From Minisyncoccota bacterium (GTDB taxonomy: Bacteria; Patescibacteriota; Minisyncoccia; Phycocordibacterales; GWA1-40-21): 64,000 nucleotides of DNA. Below the pieces are notes generated by a model. That model was not told the origin of the DNA, did no database searches, and saw nothing but the letters and a program-made list of their open reading frames with translations. The DNA lies in NCBI GenBank assembly GCA_041663045.1, contig JBAZRH010000001.1, positions 276,403 through 340,402 of the forward strand, read 5' to 3'. Positions within the stretch are counted from its first letter, which is position 1, and each line of letters opens with the position of its first letter. Below are positions 37,749-48,509 of the stretch, one piece after another. Position numbers and translations under genes: made by a program.

Positions 37749-39950
37749 ATGAAATTATTAATCGTTGAGTCTCCGTCAAAAGCGAAGACAATAGAAAAAT
37801 ATTTGGAGGGTGCTTATACAGTAAAGGCGAGTGTGGGGCATATTCGTGATTTGCCAAAAAGCAATAAAAAGGCCATTGATATTGAAGGTGGTTTTATTCC
37901 CTTTTATGAAATCAGTCCTGGAAAAGAAAAAGTCGTTGCTGAAATAAAAAGTTTGGCAAAGCGAGCAGACGAAGTACTGCTCGCAACCGACCCTGACCGA
38001 GAAGGAGAAGCGATCGCATGGCATATCAAAGAAGCTGTTGGGCTCAAAAATCCAAAAAGGATTTGTTTTTATGAAATTACAAAAGAGGCGATAAAAGAGG
38101 CGTTGCAAAATCCTCGTGAAATAGATGAGAATCTACGAAAGGCACAGGAAGCAAGGCGTGTGCTAGACAGACTTGTCGGCTATGACCTTTCCGGCCTTAT
38201 TTGGAAAAAAGTGCGATATGGGCTTTCTGCCGGACGCGTTCAATCCCCCGCTCTTCGTATAATAATGGAGCGAGAAAGAGAAATCCGCGTATTCAAGCCA
38301 GAACAATTCTGGGTCTTGGAAGCTGATGTAAAAGTAAAGACGGGTGAACAAGTCACTTTATCTTGTGAAGATGAACCGCGAGATATTAAAATCGTCGAGA
38401 AAATCCTTGAACTTGGCAATAAAGAGCCTTGGACTGTAAAAAGTGTCACGGAAACAGAAGCCAAGAGAAGCTCAAGAGCACCATTTACAACATCCACACT
38501 TCAGCAGACTGCAAGCACTCGCCTCGGATACGCGCCATCAAAGACAATGAGCATAGCCCAGAAGCTTTATGAAGCCGGTCTTATTACATATATGAGAACA
38601 GACAGCACAAATATGAGCGCAGTGGCACAAGATCAAATCGCTACACTTGTAAATAAAAAATACGGAGCGAATTACGCGGAGAGAAAAGTCTATGCAACAA
38701 AAAGCAAAAACGCCCAGGAAGCACACGAGGCTATTCGTCCTACCCACGCAGAAAATGAAATCGAAGGATATACCGACGAGCAAAAAAGGCTTTACAGACT
38801 TATTTGGCAGAGAGCTGTCTCTTCGCAGATGGCTGATGCAAAAATATTGAGGACAAAGATCGTGGCACAGATTGGTGATGGCAAAGAAGCCACGAAAAAT
38901 GGAGTACCAACTCGTGGTGAACTTCCTGGCTTTTCTGCAAATGGTTCTCGCACTCTTTTTGACGGCTGGCTAAAAGCAGACCCAGAAGCCCGTGGAGAAG
39001 ATGTTGAATTGCCGACTATAAAAGCTCTTGAGCCTTTGAAACTTTTGGACTTGAGAAGTCAGGAAAAGTTTACCGAACCACCAGGCAGATATACAGAAGC
39101 GGGCCTTATAAAAGAACTTGAGAAAAGAGGTATCGGCAGACCTTCTACATACGCTTCTATTATGAGGACTATCGAAGATCGGGGTTATGTGCAGAAGCAA
39201 AACAAAACTCTCATGCCGACAGATACTGGAGAAGTGGTCAGCGATTTCCTTGAGAAAAACTTCCCTACTTATATCAGCGACACTTTCACAGCCGAAATGG
39301 AAGACGAGCTTGATGATATTTCAAATGGGAAAAGAGAATATACAAAAACCTTGAAAGATTTCTATGGTCCTTTCAAAAAAGATGTGAGGTCAAAAGATAA
39401 AATAGAAAAGACGAACAATCTTGGCGAGGCTGATCCTAGTATCAAATGTCCAAAATGTAATGGGCCGATGGTTATCAAACTTTCGAAGACAGGTAGGTTC
39501 TTGAGCTGTAAGAATTTTCCAGACTGTCTTGGTGCTAGAAAGATAACTGGCGAAGAACTTGAAGGGCCAAAAGAAACCGGTGAGAAATGCCCTGAATGTA
39601 AAGACGGTAAACTCATGGAGCGTGATGGTAAATTCGGCAGATTTATCGCTTGTTCAAATTATCCAAAATGCAAATTTATCAAAAAGGATGCCGAGCTTGA
39701 AAGACAAAACTCTACTGGCGTAGCTTGCCCAGTTTGTAAGACAGGTATGATGACAGAAAGACGCGGACGCTTCGGCCTATTCTATAGCTGTTCAAATTAT
39801 CCAAAGTGCAAAAATGCCATAAAAGCCAAGCCAACTGGCAATCTCTGCCCTACCTGTGGCGCCCTTATGATGCTCGGCACCAAAACCATACCTGAGCGTT
39901 GCAGTAATAAAGCCTGTGCAAATCATAATCCGCATAAATTAGGAAAGTAG
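37749..39950 (+). CDS. topA: DNA topoisomerase I
   Basis: IVESPSKAK, ATDPDREGE, SAGRVQS, ITYMRTDS, C-terminal Zn ribbons. Confidence 0.98.
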   Translation: MKLLIVESPSKAKTIEKYLEGAYTVKASVGHIRDLPKSNKKAIDIEGGFIPFYEISPGKEKVVAEIKSLAKRADEVLLATDPDREGEAIAWHIKEAVGLKNPKRICFYEITKEAIKEALQNPREIDENLRKAQEARRVLDRLVGYDLSGLIWKKVRYGLSAGRVQSPALRIIMEREREIRVFKPEQFWVLEADVKVKTGEQVTLSCEDEPRDIKIVEKILELGNKEPWTVKSVTETEAKRSSRAPFTTSTLQQTASTRLGYAPSKTMSIAQKLYEAGLITYMRTDSTNMSAVAQDQIATLVNKKYGANYAERKVYATKSKNAQEAHEAIRPTHAENEIEGYTDEQKRLYRLIWQRAVSSQMADAKILRTKIVAQIGDGKEATKNGVPTRGELPGFSANGSRTLFDGWLKADPEARGEDVELPTIKALEPLKLLDLRSQEKFTEPPGRYTEAGLIKELEKRGIGRPSTYASIMRTIEDRGYVQKQNKTLMPTDTGEVVSDFLEKNFPTYISDTFTAEMEDELDDISNGKREYTKTLKDFYGPFKKDVRSKDKIEKTNNLGEADPSIKCPKCNGPMVIKLSKTGRFLSCKNFPDCLGARKITGEELEGPKETGEKCPECKDGKLMERDGKFGRFIACSNYPKCKFIKKDAELERQNSTGVACPVCKTGMMTERRGRFGLFYSCSNYPKCKNAIKAKPTGNLCPTCGALMMLGTKTIPERCSNKACANHNPHKLGK

Positions 39951-40048
39951 CTACTTAGTCTGTAGATTTTTAGGAAATACAAACACATAGGGTTTTTGCT
40001 CCGCAAAAACCCTATGTGTATTTATTCTTAATATGCTATTATTTATAT

Positions 40049-40591
40049 ATGCAAAATAACGGATCAAAAATCTTTGTCGGAATGTTAGTGATGACAAAAT
40101 TGAAATTGTTTGAAAATTCACCAGAAGAACTTGTAGCTATACTACAAAGAAGAGGTAAGATAGAATCAGAAAATGGAAAAGGATTTAAATGGCAGAAATT
40201 TTCTGGCTTATGTGAAGTAACATCGTATGGAAAAGCAGAAGAGGGAGAAAGTTGGGAACAAGCATTAGAAAGAGAGATGAATGAAGAGTTGGGAAATGAA
40301 GTTGCTACTGCGATCTTAAAATCTGAGAGAAAGATAATACATAAAATAACCGAGGATGACGGGGATGAGGTCACGGTTTGTGTATGTCTCTTACCAGCAG
40401 ATTTTCTAAACAAGCTTAAATTAGAAGTCTCTACTGGTGGTATCGAAATAATAACAAGGGGTGATTTAAATAAAGTTAAATATTTCAGATTTGGGACATT
40501 AGAAAACATAACATCTACAGATCTAAACGAAATAATAATAACAACACTACCGATTGAGAAATTGAAAGAATCCTTTGAAATATTTGGATAA
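40049..40591 (+). CDS. hypothetical protein, NUDIX-like
   Basis: GKAEEGESWEQALEREMNEELG resembles a Nudix box. Confidence 0.7.
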   Translation: MQNNGSKIFVGMLVMTKLKLFENSPEELVAILQRRGKIESENGKGFKWQKFSGLCEVTSYGKAEEGESWEQALEREMNEELGNEVATAILKSERKIIHKITEDDGDEVTVCVCLLPADFLNKLKLEVSTGGIEIITRGDLNKVKYFRFGTLENITSTDLNEIIITTLPIEKLKESFEIFG

Positions 40592-40609
40592 TTCAGATAC
40601 TATATACAG

Positions 40610-42127
40610 ATGCCATATGAAGATATAATTTCATTGATGGACTCACCATCGAAAGATGATGTAGCGCTTATAAAAAAAGCAACAACTTTTGCTGAAGAAG
40701 CACATAAGGACATAAAGAGAAAATCTGGTGAACCTTATTTCAACCATGTCTTTGAGACAGCTAAAACTCTAGCAAGCTTCAAGACTGACTCTGCAACGAT
40801 AGCTGCAGGGCTTTTACATGATTCAATAGAAGATGGTGTGGCGACAGAAGAAGAAATAAAGAAAGGATTTGGAGATGAAATACTCTTTTTAGTAAACGGG
40901 GTTACAAAGCTTGGAAAAGTAAAGTATCGAGGAGCGGAAAGACATATAGAAAGCTTGAGGAAATTCATGGTGGCAATGTCACAAGATATTCGAGTACTCA
41001 TCATTCGTCTTGCCGACCGTCTTCATAATATGAAGACTTTACAATATGTCCGACCCGACAAACAAAAGAGAATTGCCCTTGAAACTCTCGAGATTTACGC
41101 ACCACTCGCCTACCGTCTTTCTATAAGGAAACTTTCACGTGAGCTTGAAGACCTCTCGTTTGAATATGTAAGCCCAGAGGAATATGATGGTACAGTAGTT
41201 CTCTTAAAACAAAAGAAAGACGAGACCTTACCACGATTGGAGAAATTTATAAAATCTGTAAAGAAAGCCCTAGCTAAGGAAAGAATGACAAATATAAAAA
41301 CAGACTATAGGCAGAAAGGAATATATAGTCTCTTTCAAAAACTCAAATCTAAAGGAAACGATATAGAAAAGGTCTATGATATATTGGCGTTGCGTGTAAT
41401 GCTACCCGATGTCCAAGATTGCTATAAAGCTCTCGGAATAATACACGGTGTGTGGAGACCGCTTCCAGGAAGAATAAAAGATTATATAGCGTTTCCAAAA
41501 CCAAACGGCTATCAAAGCTTGCATACTACAGTTTTCACTGGTGACGGTTCAGTAGTAGAAGTACAGATAAGAACGGAAGAAATGCACAGAAATGCTGAAT
41601 TCGGTATCGCCTCTCATATTTCATACAAAGATAGTCACAAAAATGGGAACAAAAGTTCTGATATTGATTGGTTTAGACAATTTCTACCAAGGACTATTAA
41701 TTTTGCAAAGGTAAATAAATTAAATAATAAAAAAGAAATGCCAGAGTGGATTACAGAACTTGCTGATTCTCAAGATGGAATAAAGACTAGTGGAGAAAGA
41801 GAGGAATTCTTAGAAGATCTAAAGGCCGACTTCTTCTGTCAAAGGATTTTTGTGTTTACACCAAAAGGAGAGGTAGTAGATTTGCCTACTGGTTCATCTA
41901 CTCTTGATTTCGCATATGCGATTCATTCTGACGTAGGGGACCACGCAAGTGGAGCGAAGATAAATGGCAAACTCGTAGCCATGAAAACAGAATTAAATAA
42001 TGGTGATATTGTAGAGATTAGCACAAGTAAATCTAGTAAACCAAGTTCCAAATGGTTGGAAATTGTAAAGACGAATATGGCGAAAAGACATATTAATAAT
42101 TATTTGGAGAAGCAGAAGAAAAAATAA
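40610..42127 (+). CDS. RelA/SpoT family (p)ppGpp hydrolase/synthetase (HD+SYNTH+TGS)
   Basis: RKSGEPY..H, LHDSIED, DYIAFPKPNGYQSLHT, EVQIRT, VFTPKG..DFAYAIHS. Confidence 0.95.
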   Translation: MPYEDIISLMDSPSKDDVALIKKATTFAEEAHKDIKRKSGEPYFNHVFETAKTLASFKTDSATIAAGLLHDSIEDGVATEEEIKKGFGDEILFLVNGVTKLGKVKYRGAERHIESLRKFMVAMSQDIRVLIIRLADRLHNMKTLQYVRPDKQKRIALETLEIYAPLAYRLSIRKLSRELEDLSFEYVSPEEYDGTVVLLKQKKDETLPRLEKFIKSVKKALAKERMTNIKTDYRQKGIYSLFQKLKSKGNDIEKVYDILALRVMLPDVQDCYKALGIIHGVWRPLPGRIKDYIAFPKPNGYQSLHTTVFTGDGSVVEVQIRTEEMHRNAEFGIASHISYKDSHKNGNKSSDIDWFRQFLPRTINFAKVNKLNNKKEMPEWITELADSQDGIKTSGEREEFLEDLKADFFCQRIFVFTPKGEVVDLPTGSSTLDFAYAIHSDVGDHASGAKINGKLVAMKTELNNGDIVEISTSKSSKPSSKWLEIVKTNMAKRHINNYLEKQKKK

Positions 42128-42319
42128 ACTCCCTCCGCCCCGCCATTTTCTCACCAGTGTGCCTTCACCCCAAAGAAAATCATAGTCGCTGTTCTATACG
42201 AAAAATCAAGAACTCGCCACATCAGAATGTGTCTCAAACAACTTGATTTTTCTAAACAGCTCTTTGATTTTACTTGGGGTTCTCGGCAATGGTGAGAAAA
42301 TGGCGGGGCTTCGGTCAAC
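42128..42319 (-). repeat. structured intergenic element, subfamily C (complete)
   Basis: perfect GCCCCGCCATTTTCTCACCA/TGGTGAGAAAATGGCGGGGC stem; core shared with 53372-53644; abuts rel TAA. Confidence 0.92.
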
Positions 42320-42336
42320 AGTTGACTCCACAAAAA

Positions 42337-43323
42337 CTAAAGCGAGAAGTTTTTCACCGAATACATATCCTCATTTTCTTCATCGGCTTTCTTTTCTTCC
42401 GCACTTCTATCATCTATCGGCGCCTCCTCCACAACAGGCTTTATCTCCCCCACTTCTGTAATATGTTTATTGAGCAATTCATCCACCTTCCTCTTTTTCT
42501 GATTTTCCACCATATCAAGTATGGCGCGTAAATCTTCATTTGAGAAAAAGTCTATAGTAATCTTCCCTCCGTTTTGCCCCTTTTCTATATGAACTCTCGT
42601 ACCAAGAGAATCTGTGAATTTCTGTTCGAGTGATGTAATTTCAGGATCGATAATAATTTCTTTCTTCCTTGCTTTATCAAAAGCGATTTTTCTGGCAATA
42701 AGTTCGGCATCGCGCACTGTCATCTTCTTATAAAGAATTTCTTTAAATAAAGTCTCCTGTTCGTCTTTCCTGTCCAAAAGCATAAGAAGTGGGCGTGTAT
42801 GTCCCTCGCTTATTTTTCCTTCCCTAAGGGCCAAAAGCATATGCTGTGGCAACAGTAATATACGAAGGCTATTAGATACATATTCCCTACTCTTGCCCAT
42901 TTTCTGGGCAATCTGGATATGTTTAAGACCAAATTGATCTGCAAGCTGTCTAAATGCTTCGGCTCTATCCACAGCGTTCAAATCTTCTCTTTGGAGGTTT
43001 TCAATGATAGCGAGTTCAAGCTTCATCAGATCTGATTCGTCTTTTGAACGAATAACTACAGGTACTTGAGGAATACCCGCGATCTTTGATGCGCGAAGTC
43101 TGCGTTCACCGGAGATAAGCTCATACTCAACCAAAATACCATCTTCTTTAACTATTTCATTTCTTGTGACAACAAGGGGCTGGAGAACACCATATTGCTT
43201 AATAGATTCAGCAAGGTCTTTGAGCTTAAGTTCGTCAAACTCCTTTCTTGGTTGATACGGGTTCGGCTTTATTTTATCTGTCTCAACCCAAAATATTGAA
43301 TCGCTAAAAAACTGTGATGACAT
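42337..43323 (-). CDS. parB: ParB/Spo0J family partition protein
   Basis: PNPYQPR, GVLQPLVV, ISGERRLRA, IENLQREDLN; start set at MSSQ. Confidence 0.93.
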   Translation of the reverse strand: MSSQFFSDSIFWVETDKIKPNPYQPRKEFDELKLKDLAESIKQYGVLQPLVVTRNEIVKEDGILVEYELISGERRLRASKIAGIPQVPVVIRSKDESDLMKLELAIIENLQREDLNAVDRAEAFRQLADQFGLKHIQIAQKMGKSREYVSNSLRILLLPQHMLLALREGKISEGHTRPLLMLLDRKDEQETLFKEILYKKMTVRDAELIARKIAFDKARKKEIIIDPEITSLEQKFTDSLGTRVHIEKGQNGGKITIDFFSNEDLRAILDMVENQKKRKVDELLNKHITEVGEIKPVVEEAPIDDRSAEEKKADEENEDMYSVKNFSL

Positions 43324-43401
43324 AATTGATATTATTTTAGCACATAAAAAGAATCTATTAAAATTGATTTTTGTGTATAAATTGTGTAGTATTTGGGTGA
43401 T

Positions 43402-43483
43402 GCCGGAGTGGCGGAATTGGTAGACGCGCACGACTCAAAATCGTGTTTCGAAAGGGGTGAGGGTTCGAGTCCCTCCTCCGGCA
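43402..43483 (+). tRNA. tRNA-Leu(CAA)
   Basis: GCCGGAG/CTCCGGC acceptor, CACGA-CTCAAAA-TCGTG, long variable arm, GTTCGAGTC. Confidence 0.95.
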
Positions 43484-43484
43484 C

Positions 43485-43802
43485 ATGAATTATATCTTCA
43501 TAGGACTTATGGTGTTAGTTGCTATTATAGAGACCGTGGGAGATATTCTGTTTAAATTTTGGGCAATACAAAATAAAAATTTATTTTTAATCTCCGGTGT
43601 TCTCCTGTATGTAATTGCCACCATAATCTTTGCTTTTTCTTTAAGATATGAAGCCTTATCAAAAGCAATATCAATATTTTCAATCATGACTTTAATTCTT
43701 GTTGTACTTGCAGGCTTTTTTATATTTAAAGAAAATGTAACCATTATACAAAAGATTGGAATCTTGTTGGGGATAATAAGTATTGTGTTAATTGAGATAT
43801 GA
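43485..43802 (+). CDS. SMR/DMT family small transporter
   Basis: 105 aa, 4 TM, conserved Glu in TM1, FKEN...KIG. Confidence 0.82.
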   Translation: MNYIFIGLMVLVAIIETVGDILFKFWAIQNKNLFLISGVLLYVIATIIFAFSLRYEALSKAISIFSIMTLILVVLAGFFIFKENVTIIQKIGILLGIISIVLIEI

Positions 43803-44692
43803 AAAAGAAAATCTTAGTCATCCTCGGCCCTACTGCCACAGGCAAAAGCGATATTGCTGTAAAGCTCGCACAGATTTTTAATGGAGAGATAATCGGTGCC
43901 GACTCAAGACAGGTTTACAAAGAATTAAATCTAGCATCCGGAAAAATCACTAAAAAAGAAATGGGTGGTATTAAACACTATCTTCTTGACGTCGCCGATT
44001 TGAATAACGATTTCAGTGTCGCTATTTTCAAAGACCTCACTGTAAAAGCTATAAATGAAATCTGGGCAAAAGGTAAAGTACCGATAATCTGCGGTGGTAC
44101 CGGTTTTTATATTGAATCAATAGTAAAAAATATTTCCATGCCGGAAGTTCCGGCTAATAAAGAATTGAGAGGAAAGCTTTCTAAAAAGAGTACAATGGAG
44201 CTTTTTGAAATACTTTCTAAACTCGATCCAAAGAGAGCAGAAAAAATAGATAAAAATAATCCTGTCCGTCTCATAAGGGCAATTGAAATAGCAATAAAAC
44301 TTGGCAATATCCCACAAAATACAATGGGCGAACCTATTGCAGATTTTATACAAATCGGACTTGATTTACCAGACAATATTTTAAAAGAAAAAATATTGAA
44401 AAGAATAAATGATAGATTGAATGTCGGAATGATTGAAGAAATTGAAGATATTTTAAAAAGTGGTATTAGAGAAAAAAAACTCTCTTCACTCGGGCTTGAG
44501 CCACGCCATATTTTGAGATTTCTAAAAAAAGAGGTGACAAAAGAACAGATGATTGCCGATCTATTCAAAGACACTTGGGCTTTTGCAAAAAGGCAAAGGA
44601 CTTGGTTTAAACGAGACAAGGATATAAAATGGTTTAAAAAAGAGGAAAAAGATATCGAGAAAATTGCTGATTCTATAAAAGAGAGGTTATAA
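43799..44692 (+). CDS. miaA: tRNA dimethylallyltransferase
   Basis: GPTATGKS, ADSRQVY, GGTGFY, AKRQRTWF. Confidence 0.97.
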   Translation: MKKKILVILGPTATGKSDIAVKLAQIFNGEIIGADSRQVYKELNLASGKITKKEMGGIKHYLLDVADLNNDFSVAIFKDLTVKAINEIWAKGKVPIICGGTGFYIESIVKNISMPEVPANKELRGKLSKKSTMELFEILSKLDPKRAEKIDKNNPVRLIRAIEIAIKLGNIPQNTMGEPIADFIQIGLDLPDNILKEKILKRINDRLNVGMIEEIEDILKSGIREKKLSSLGLEPRHILRFLKKEVTKEQMIADLFKDTWAFAKRQRTWFKRDKDIKWFKKEEKDIEKIADSIKERL

Positions 44693-44696
44693 TTTG

Positions 44697-44767
44697 CGGG
44701 CGATGGAGGAATCGGACCTCCGACAGCGGTTTTGGAGACCGCAGTTATACCACTTAACTAATCGCCC
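44697..44767 (-). tRNA. tRNA-Trp(CCA)
   Basis: GGGCGAT/ATCGCCC, GCGGT-CTCCAAA-ACCGC; T loop reads TCCGATT. Confidence 0.92.
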
Positions 44768-44859
44768 GTGGTTAAACAAATATAACATAAAATTTCAAAA
44801 TGAAAAACCACCGCAAGGTGGTTTTTCTGATTCTGTATACTGAATACTTATACCATATA

Positions 44860-45018
44860 TTACTTCTTGATTTCCTTGTGTGGGGTATTCTTTTTGCACC
44901 ATTTACACCACTTCTTGAGCTCGATTTTGCGCTCAACTTTCTTCTTGTTTTTCCTGCTCCAGTAATTTACTCTTTTACAGTCTTTACAGGCAAGTTTTAT
45001 CAATTGATCTTGTGACAT
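44860..45018 (-). CDS. rpmG: 50S ribosomal protein L33 (Zn-binding type; not in ORF track)
   Basis: MSQDQLIKLACKDCKRVNYWSRKNKKKVERKIELKKWCKWCKKNTPHKEIKK. Confidence 0.95.
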   Translation of the reverse strand: MSQDQLIKLACKDCKRVNYWSRKNKKKVERKIELKKWCKWCKKNTPHKEIKK

Positions 45019-45074
45019 AATATTATTATTTAAGTCAGCAAAGTATAGCCCAAAATGTCGAAAAAAGCAAATGA

Positions 45075-46751
45075 TTAGAGTTCGCTCGTATCCGGCACAA
45101 TCGGTCTGACTTTCCAGAACTTTTTGTGTAGGGTCTTGATGGTCTCTTCAAGCTCCACGCTTCCAAGTAATTTAAGCACTATAATACAGGCAATAATACC
45201 CATTATTCCAGAGAATAATCCTTGCAACAGAATGCCGAAAAAAGTATTTATATTTAAAATATCATCGAAAAGATTTAGACCGAGATAAGCTACAGCTCCC
45301 ATTATCACGGAAGCGGAAAAACTTTGAAAGAGAGTATTGAAAAGTGTCTTTGAAAAATCTTTGAATGCGCGTCCAAACATAGTCCAAAGCATTATGCAGT
45401 TTAATATTTGTGCCAGAGAAAAACCAAGGCCAAGCATAAGTACATTTGTACCAGAAAGATCATCGACCCTGAATAAATGTTCAGTGAAATATCTAAACAT
45501 TGGGAAAATATCAAAAAGCTTTACAAATACATATGAAAAGACAATCGTAAATATTCCAGTTGCAAGACTCGTATATAAAGATTTGCCTGTATTCCCTGTC
45601 GCATAAAAACCTCTAATAAAAAGCAAGACGAGTGCTTGAGCAACCACGGAAACTGAAAAGATTGCAAGTGTCGCTGCAGTGAGCTTGGTATCAGACCAGT
45701 CAAAATTCCCTGCTCCATAAATTGTCCTGACTATCTGTGCACGAAGGACGATAAAAAGGACGCTGACCGGAATAGACCAAAAGAGAATATGTCTTGCTCC
45801 AGTAATAATATGTGAAATAAACTCCTCTCTTTGACCATTTGTAAATAACCTAGCAAGTGTTGGAAATGCTGCTATGGAATAGCTGACACCTATAATAGTA
45901 AGGGGTACAGATTGAAGATTTATCGCAAAGTTAAAAATAGAAATAGATCCGTCTTTCATAAAAGAAGCAATACCCAAAAGTGCGATAATAGAAATCTGTG
46001 TCATACCGAGAGTAATTGTCCTCGGAATAGAAATTATTATAATTTTCTTAATTGACTGAAAATCAAAATATATAGGCCATGGTTTAAAAAGACAGCTCGC
46101 GAATACAAAAGGAAGTTGTATAGCAAGATGCATAATAGCGCCGATAATTACCCCATAAGCAAGGCCATAAATACCAAAAATTGGATACAAAAATATGACT
46201 CCGGCAATAATACCTATATTGTAAAAAAGTGGACTTAAAGCATAAACCAAAAATCTTTTGCCTACTTGGGTAATACTCGCTAAGAAGTTTGAGATGCCGA
46301 GAAGAATCGGTGAAAGGAGCAGAATCCTCGTCATAGTTATAAGTTCTGGAAAGAGATTCTTATCCATACCGCTAAATATGTGCGGTGCAATATATGGTAT
46401 TAAAATGTAAGCGATGATGCTGACTAAAATTATTAAAATAAAGAAAAATGAGAAAATACTATTTATAAATTTCTTTCCTTCTTCTCTATCCTTATCAAGT
46501 CTTTCTGTGATAAATGGGACGAGCACAGATATTGATACGAGAGACGCTACTGTGACAAAGATAAAATCCGGAATTCTGAAAGATGAATAATAGACATCAA
46601 GAGTCGTACTTGCACCAAAAGTTGAAGCAAATATCCTATCACGAAATAGTGCTAGGATTTGAGATAGAAGAGCAAAAATACCAAGCAAATAAGCAGCCTC
46701 GTGCAAGCCGTTTATCTCTTTATAAAAAATACTGAAAAACTTTTTAACCAC
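45075..46751 (-). CDS. murJ: lipid II flippase MurJ
   Basis: LALFRDRIFA..FGA, FRIPD, P.FYN.GII, many TM helices; GTG start. Confidence 0.92.
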   Translation of the reverse strand: MVKKFFSIFYKEINGLHEAAYLLGIFALLSQILALFRDRIFASTFGASTTLDVYYSSFRIPDFIFVTVASLVSISVLVPFITERLDKDREEGKKFINSIFSFFFILIILVSIIAYILIPYIAPHIFSGMDKNLFPELITMTRILLLSPILLGISNFLASITQVGKRFLVYALSPLFYNIGIIAGVIFLYPIFGIYGLAYGVIIGAIMHLAIQLPFVFASCLFKPWPIYFDFQSIKKIIIISIPRTITLGMTQISIIALLGIASFMKDGSISIFNFAINLQSVPLTIIGVSYSIAAFPTLARLFTNGQREEFISHIITGARHILFWSIPVSVLFIVLRAQIVRTIYGAGNFDWSDTKLTAATLAIFSVSVVAQALVLLFIRGFYATGNTGKSLYTSLATGIFTIVFSYVFVKLFDIFPMFRYFTEHLFRVDDLSGTNVLMLGLGFSLAQILNCIMLWTMFGRAFKDFSKTLFNTLFQSFSASVIMGAVAYLGLNLFDDILNINTFFGILLQGLFSGIMGIIACIIVLKLLGSVELEETIKTLHKKFWKVRPIVPDTSEL

Positions 46752-46850
46752 GCTATTTTTGTTTTATTCGTATAGTATACAAGAGAAAGGCTTAAAATAA
46801 AATGTTAATAATGAGAAAGGGGCGCGCCTTACGGCGCGCCCCCTCCATAA

Positions 46851-47194
46851 CCTTTATACCTATAAGCCGAATTCTGTCTCCTACTTTTTACAGTAAGTAG
46901 ACGGTCATCTATCTGGGCTACTGATTACTCAGTCGCTCAAGCGGCGCTCCAAGCATCAAATGGTGCTCGGCACGGCCTTGCACAGAGGTAAGGATTTTGT
47001 CGTTGCACTTCTGCGTCTCCGCAAAATTATTCCCGAAGGAATCCTAGCCTTTCGGCATCGGCGTCACTGTTCGCACCTCTTAGATTGCTCTAGACGGGCG
47101 TTACCCGCTACCCAAATCCATCCGCCCGAAGGCGTACGCTGTGTTCGGACTTTCCTCCAGCTATTTGCATAGCCAGCGACCATCCAATACAAAG
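46851..47194 (-). ncRNA. rnpB: RNase P RNA
   Basis: GAGGAAAGTCC and ACAGAATTCGGCTTA P4 signatures; P1 CCTTTGTAT/GTATAAAGG; hairpin terminator 46818-46845. Confidence 0.95.
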
Positions 47195-47366
47195 GCAAAA
47201 TAAGTATACAATGGGCTATAAAATAATGCAAGTATCGCCTTGACTTTACTATCATAATATGATAGCATACTAAACGGAAAGTCAGGAGGATTAGTGATTA
47301 CTAACTCCCCCATTGACAATTGAATATGCGGTCAAAAAGGCGCTAATTTGCGCGAAAGGTTTGGAC

Positions 47367-48509
47367 ATGAAAATAAAATTGATTGTTGGATACTTGATAG
47401 CAAATGCTATCTTGCTCCTCATTGGGCTGGGACTAATTCTTTTTAAGGTCTCGGTTGATGTAGAGAATCGTTTCAACTTAGGGTTCATTATCATCTCTCT
47501 GCAGATGGTATATTTCGCCCTCAGTTGTAAGATCATCGGGCCGAGAATAAAGGCCGTGCTGGTCTTTCTGGGAAATCCGGTGTATGAGGTTAGTTCTGGT
47601 TTTGCTTTTGTACCATTCTTGTTTTCCTGGCTAGAAAAAATGCCAGGAACAGTGATACAGATGCAAATACCCGGAGAACCAGAGATGATTGACAGAAGTG
47701 GGGATGATAAGAAAAAACTGTCTCCCGGAATGGTTCGACCAATCCGTATCACGACTGGTTTTGCGGCAGTGGCAATTAAAAACTTCCCTGCTGACAAGAA
47801 AATCATCATGGACGATCCGTTGCAGAAGCGTATGACCCTAGAAGTCACGGGGTACATACGTATGAAAGTTAAAAACGCAGTTGAATACCTCAAGAACCTT
47901 GGAAGTATTGAACAATTGGAAAAACAGGTCCGAGATACTTTTGAGGCCACAATGAATGTGGAGTTCGGAAGACGAACCCCAGGCTTGATCACAACACACC
48001 TGAAAGAAGTTAATAAGGCTCTGTTGCGAGAAATGAAAAGAATTGTGGAAAAACCTGGATGGGGACTTGAGGTAGAGAGTGTAGGACTTTTGGAAAGGGA
48101 TATCACCCACCAGCTCAACACGGCACTTCGTGATGCCTCAATGGCTGATGTAATGATTCAGACAGCTGAGTCCCAAAAACAACAGGCAATCAGAAAGGCT
48201 GAGGGTGAAAGACAGAAGAGGATTCTGGAAGGTCAGGGGGATGGCTTGGCAGAGCAGTCTGTACTAGAAGGACGTGCTAAAGGACTCGAGAAGTGGGTTG
48301 ATCTGGCGAAAACCAGAGAAGGCTTAATCACCTTACAAATTCAGCTCGCAAATGAAACTGTGCAGAAGGCGAAGTACAGTATCCTTGAGCCTGGATTAGC
48401 TGGTCTTGCGGCGGGAGTCCAACACACATTGCAACAAATCGGTGCAGCAGGTGGTACATCAAAAACCCCTGTAACGCCAGCTAAAAAGGGCGGAGGAGGT
48501 AATCCATGA
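47367..48509 (+). CDS. SPFH/band 7 (prohibitin-like) membrane protein
   Basis: 2 N-terminal TM, WGLEVESV, AESQKQQAIRKAEGERQKRILEGQG coiled coil; promoter TTGACT(47240)-17-TAGCAT; start uncertain. Confidence 0.8.
   Translation: MKIKLIVGYLIANAILLLIGLGLILFKVSVDVENRFNLGFIIISLQMVYFALSCKIIGPRIKAVLVFLGNPVYEVSSGFAFVPFLFSWLEKMPGTVIQMQIPGEPEMIDRSGDDKKKLSPGMVRPIRITTGFAAVAIKNFPADKKIIMDDPLQKRMTLEVTGYIRMKVKNAVEYLKNLGSIEQLEKQVRDTFEATMNVEFGRRTPGLITTHLKEVNKALLREMKRIVEKPGWGLEVESVGLLERDITHQLNTALRDASMADVMIQTAESQKQQAIRKAEGERQKRILEGQGDGLAEQSVLEGRAKGLEKWVDLAKTREGLITLQIQLANETVQKAKYSILEPGLAGLAAGVQHTLQQIGAAGGTSKTPVTPAKKGGGGNP

Noticed and set aside
42151-42531. ORFs with LEKSSCLRHILMWRVLDFS / MVRKWRGFG (also 53401-53598, 24726-24974, 9422-10045)
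   Set aside because: Translations of subfamily C repeats or antisense shadows of real genes.
44800-45015. 71-aa plus-strand ORF
   Set aside because: Antisense to rpmG.
47064-47255. ORFs at 46960-47172 and 47064-47255
   Set aside because: Overlap RNase P RNA.
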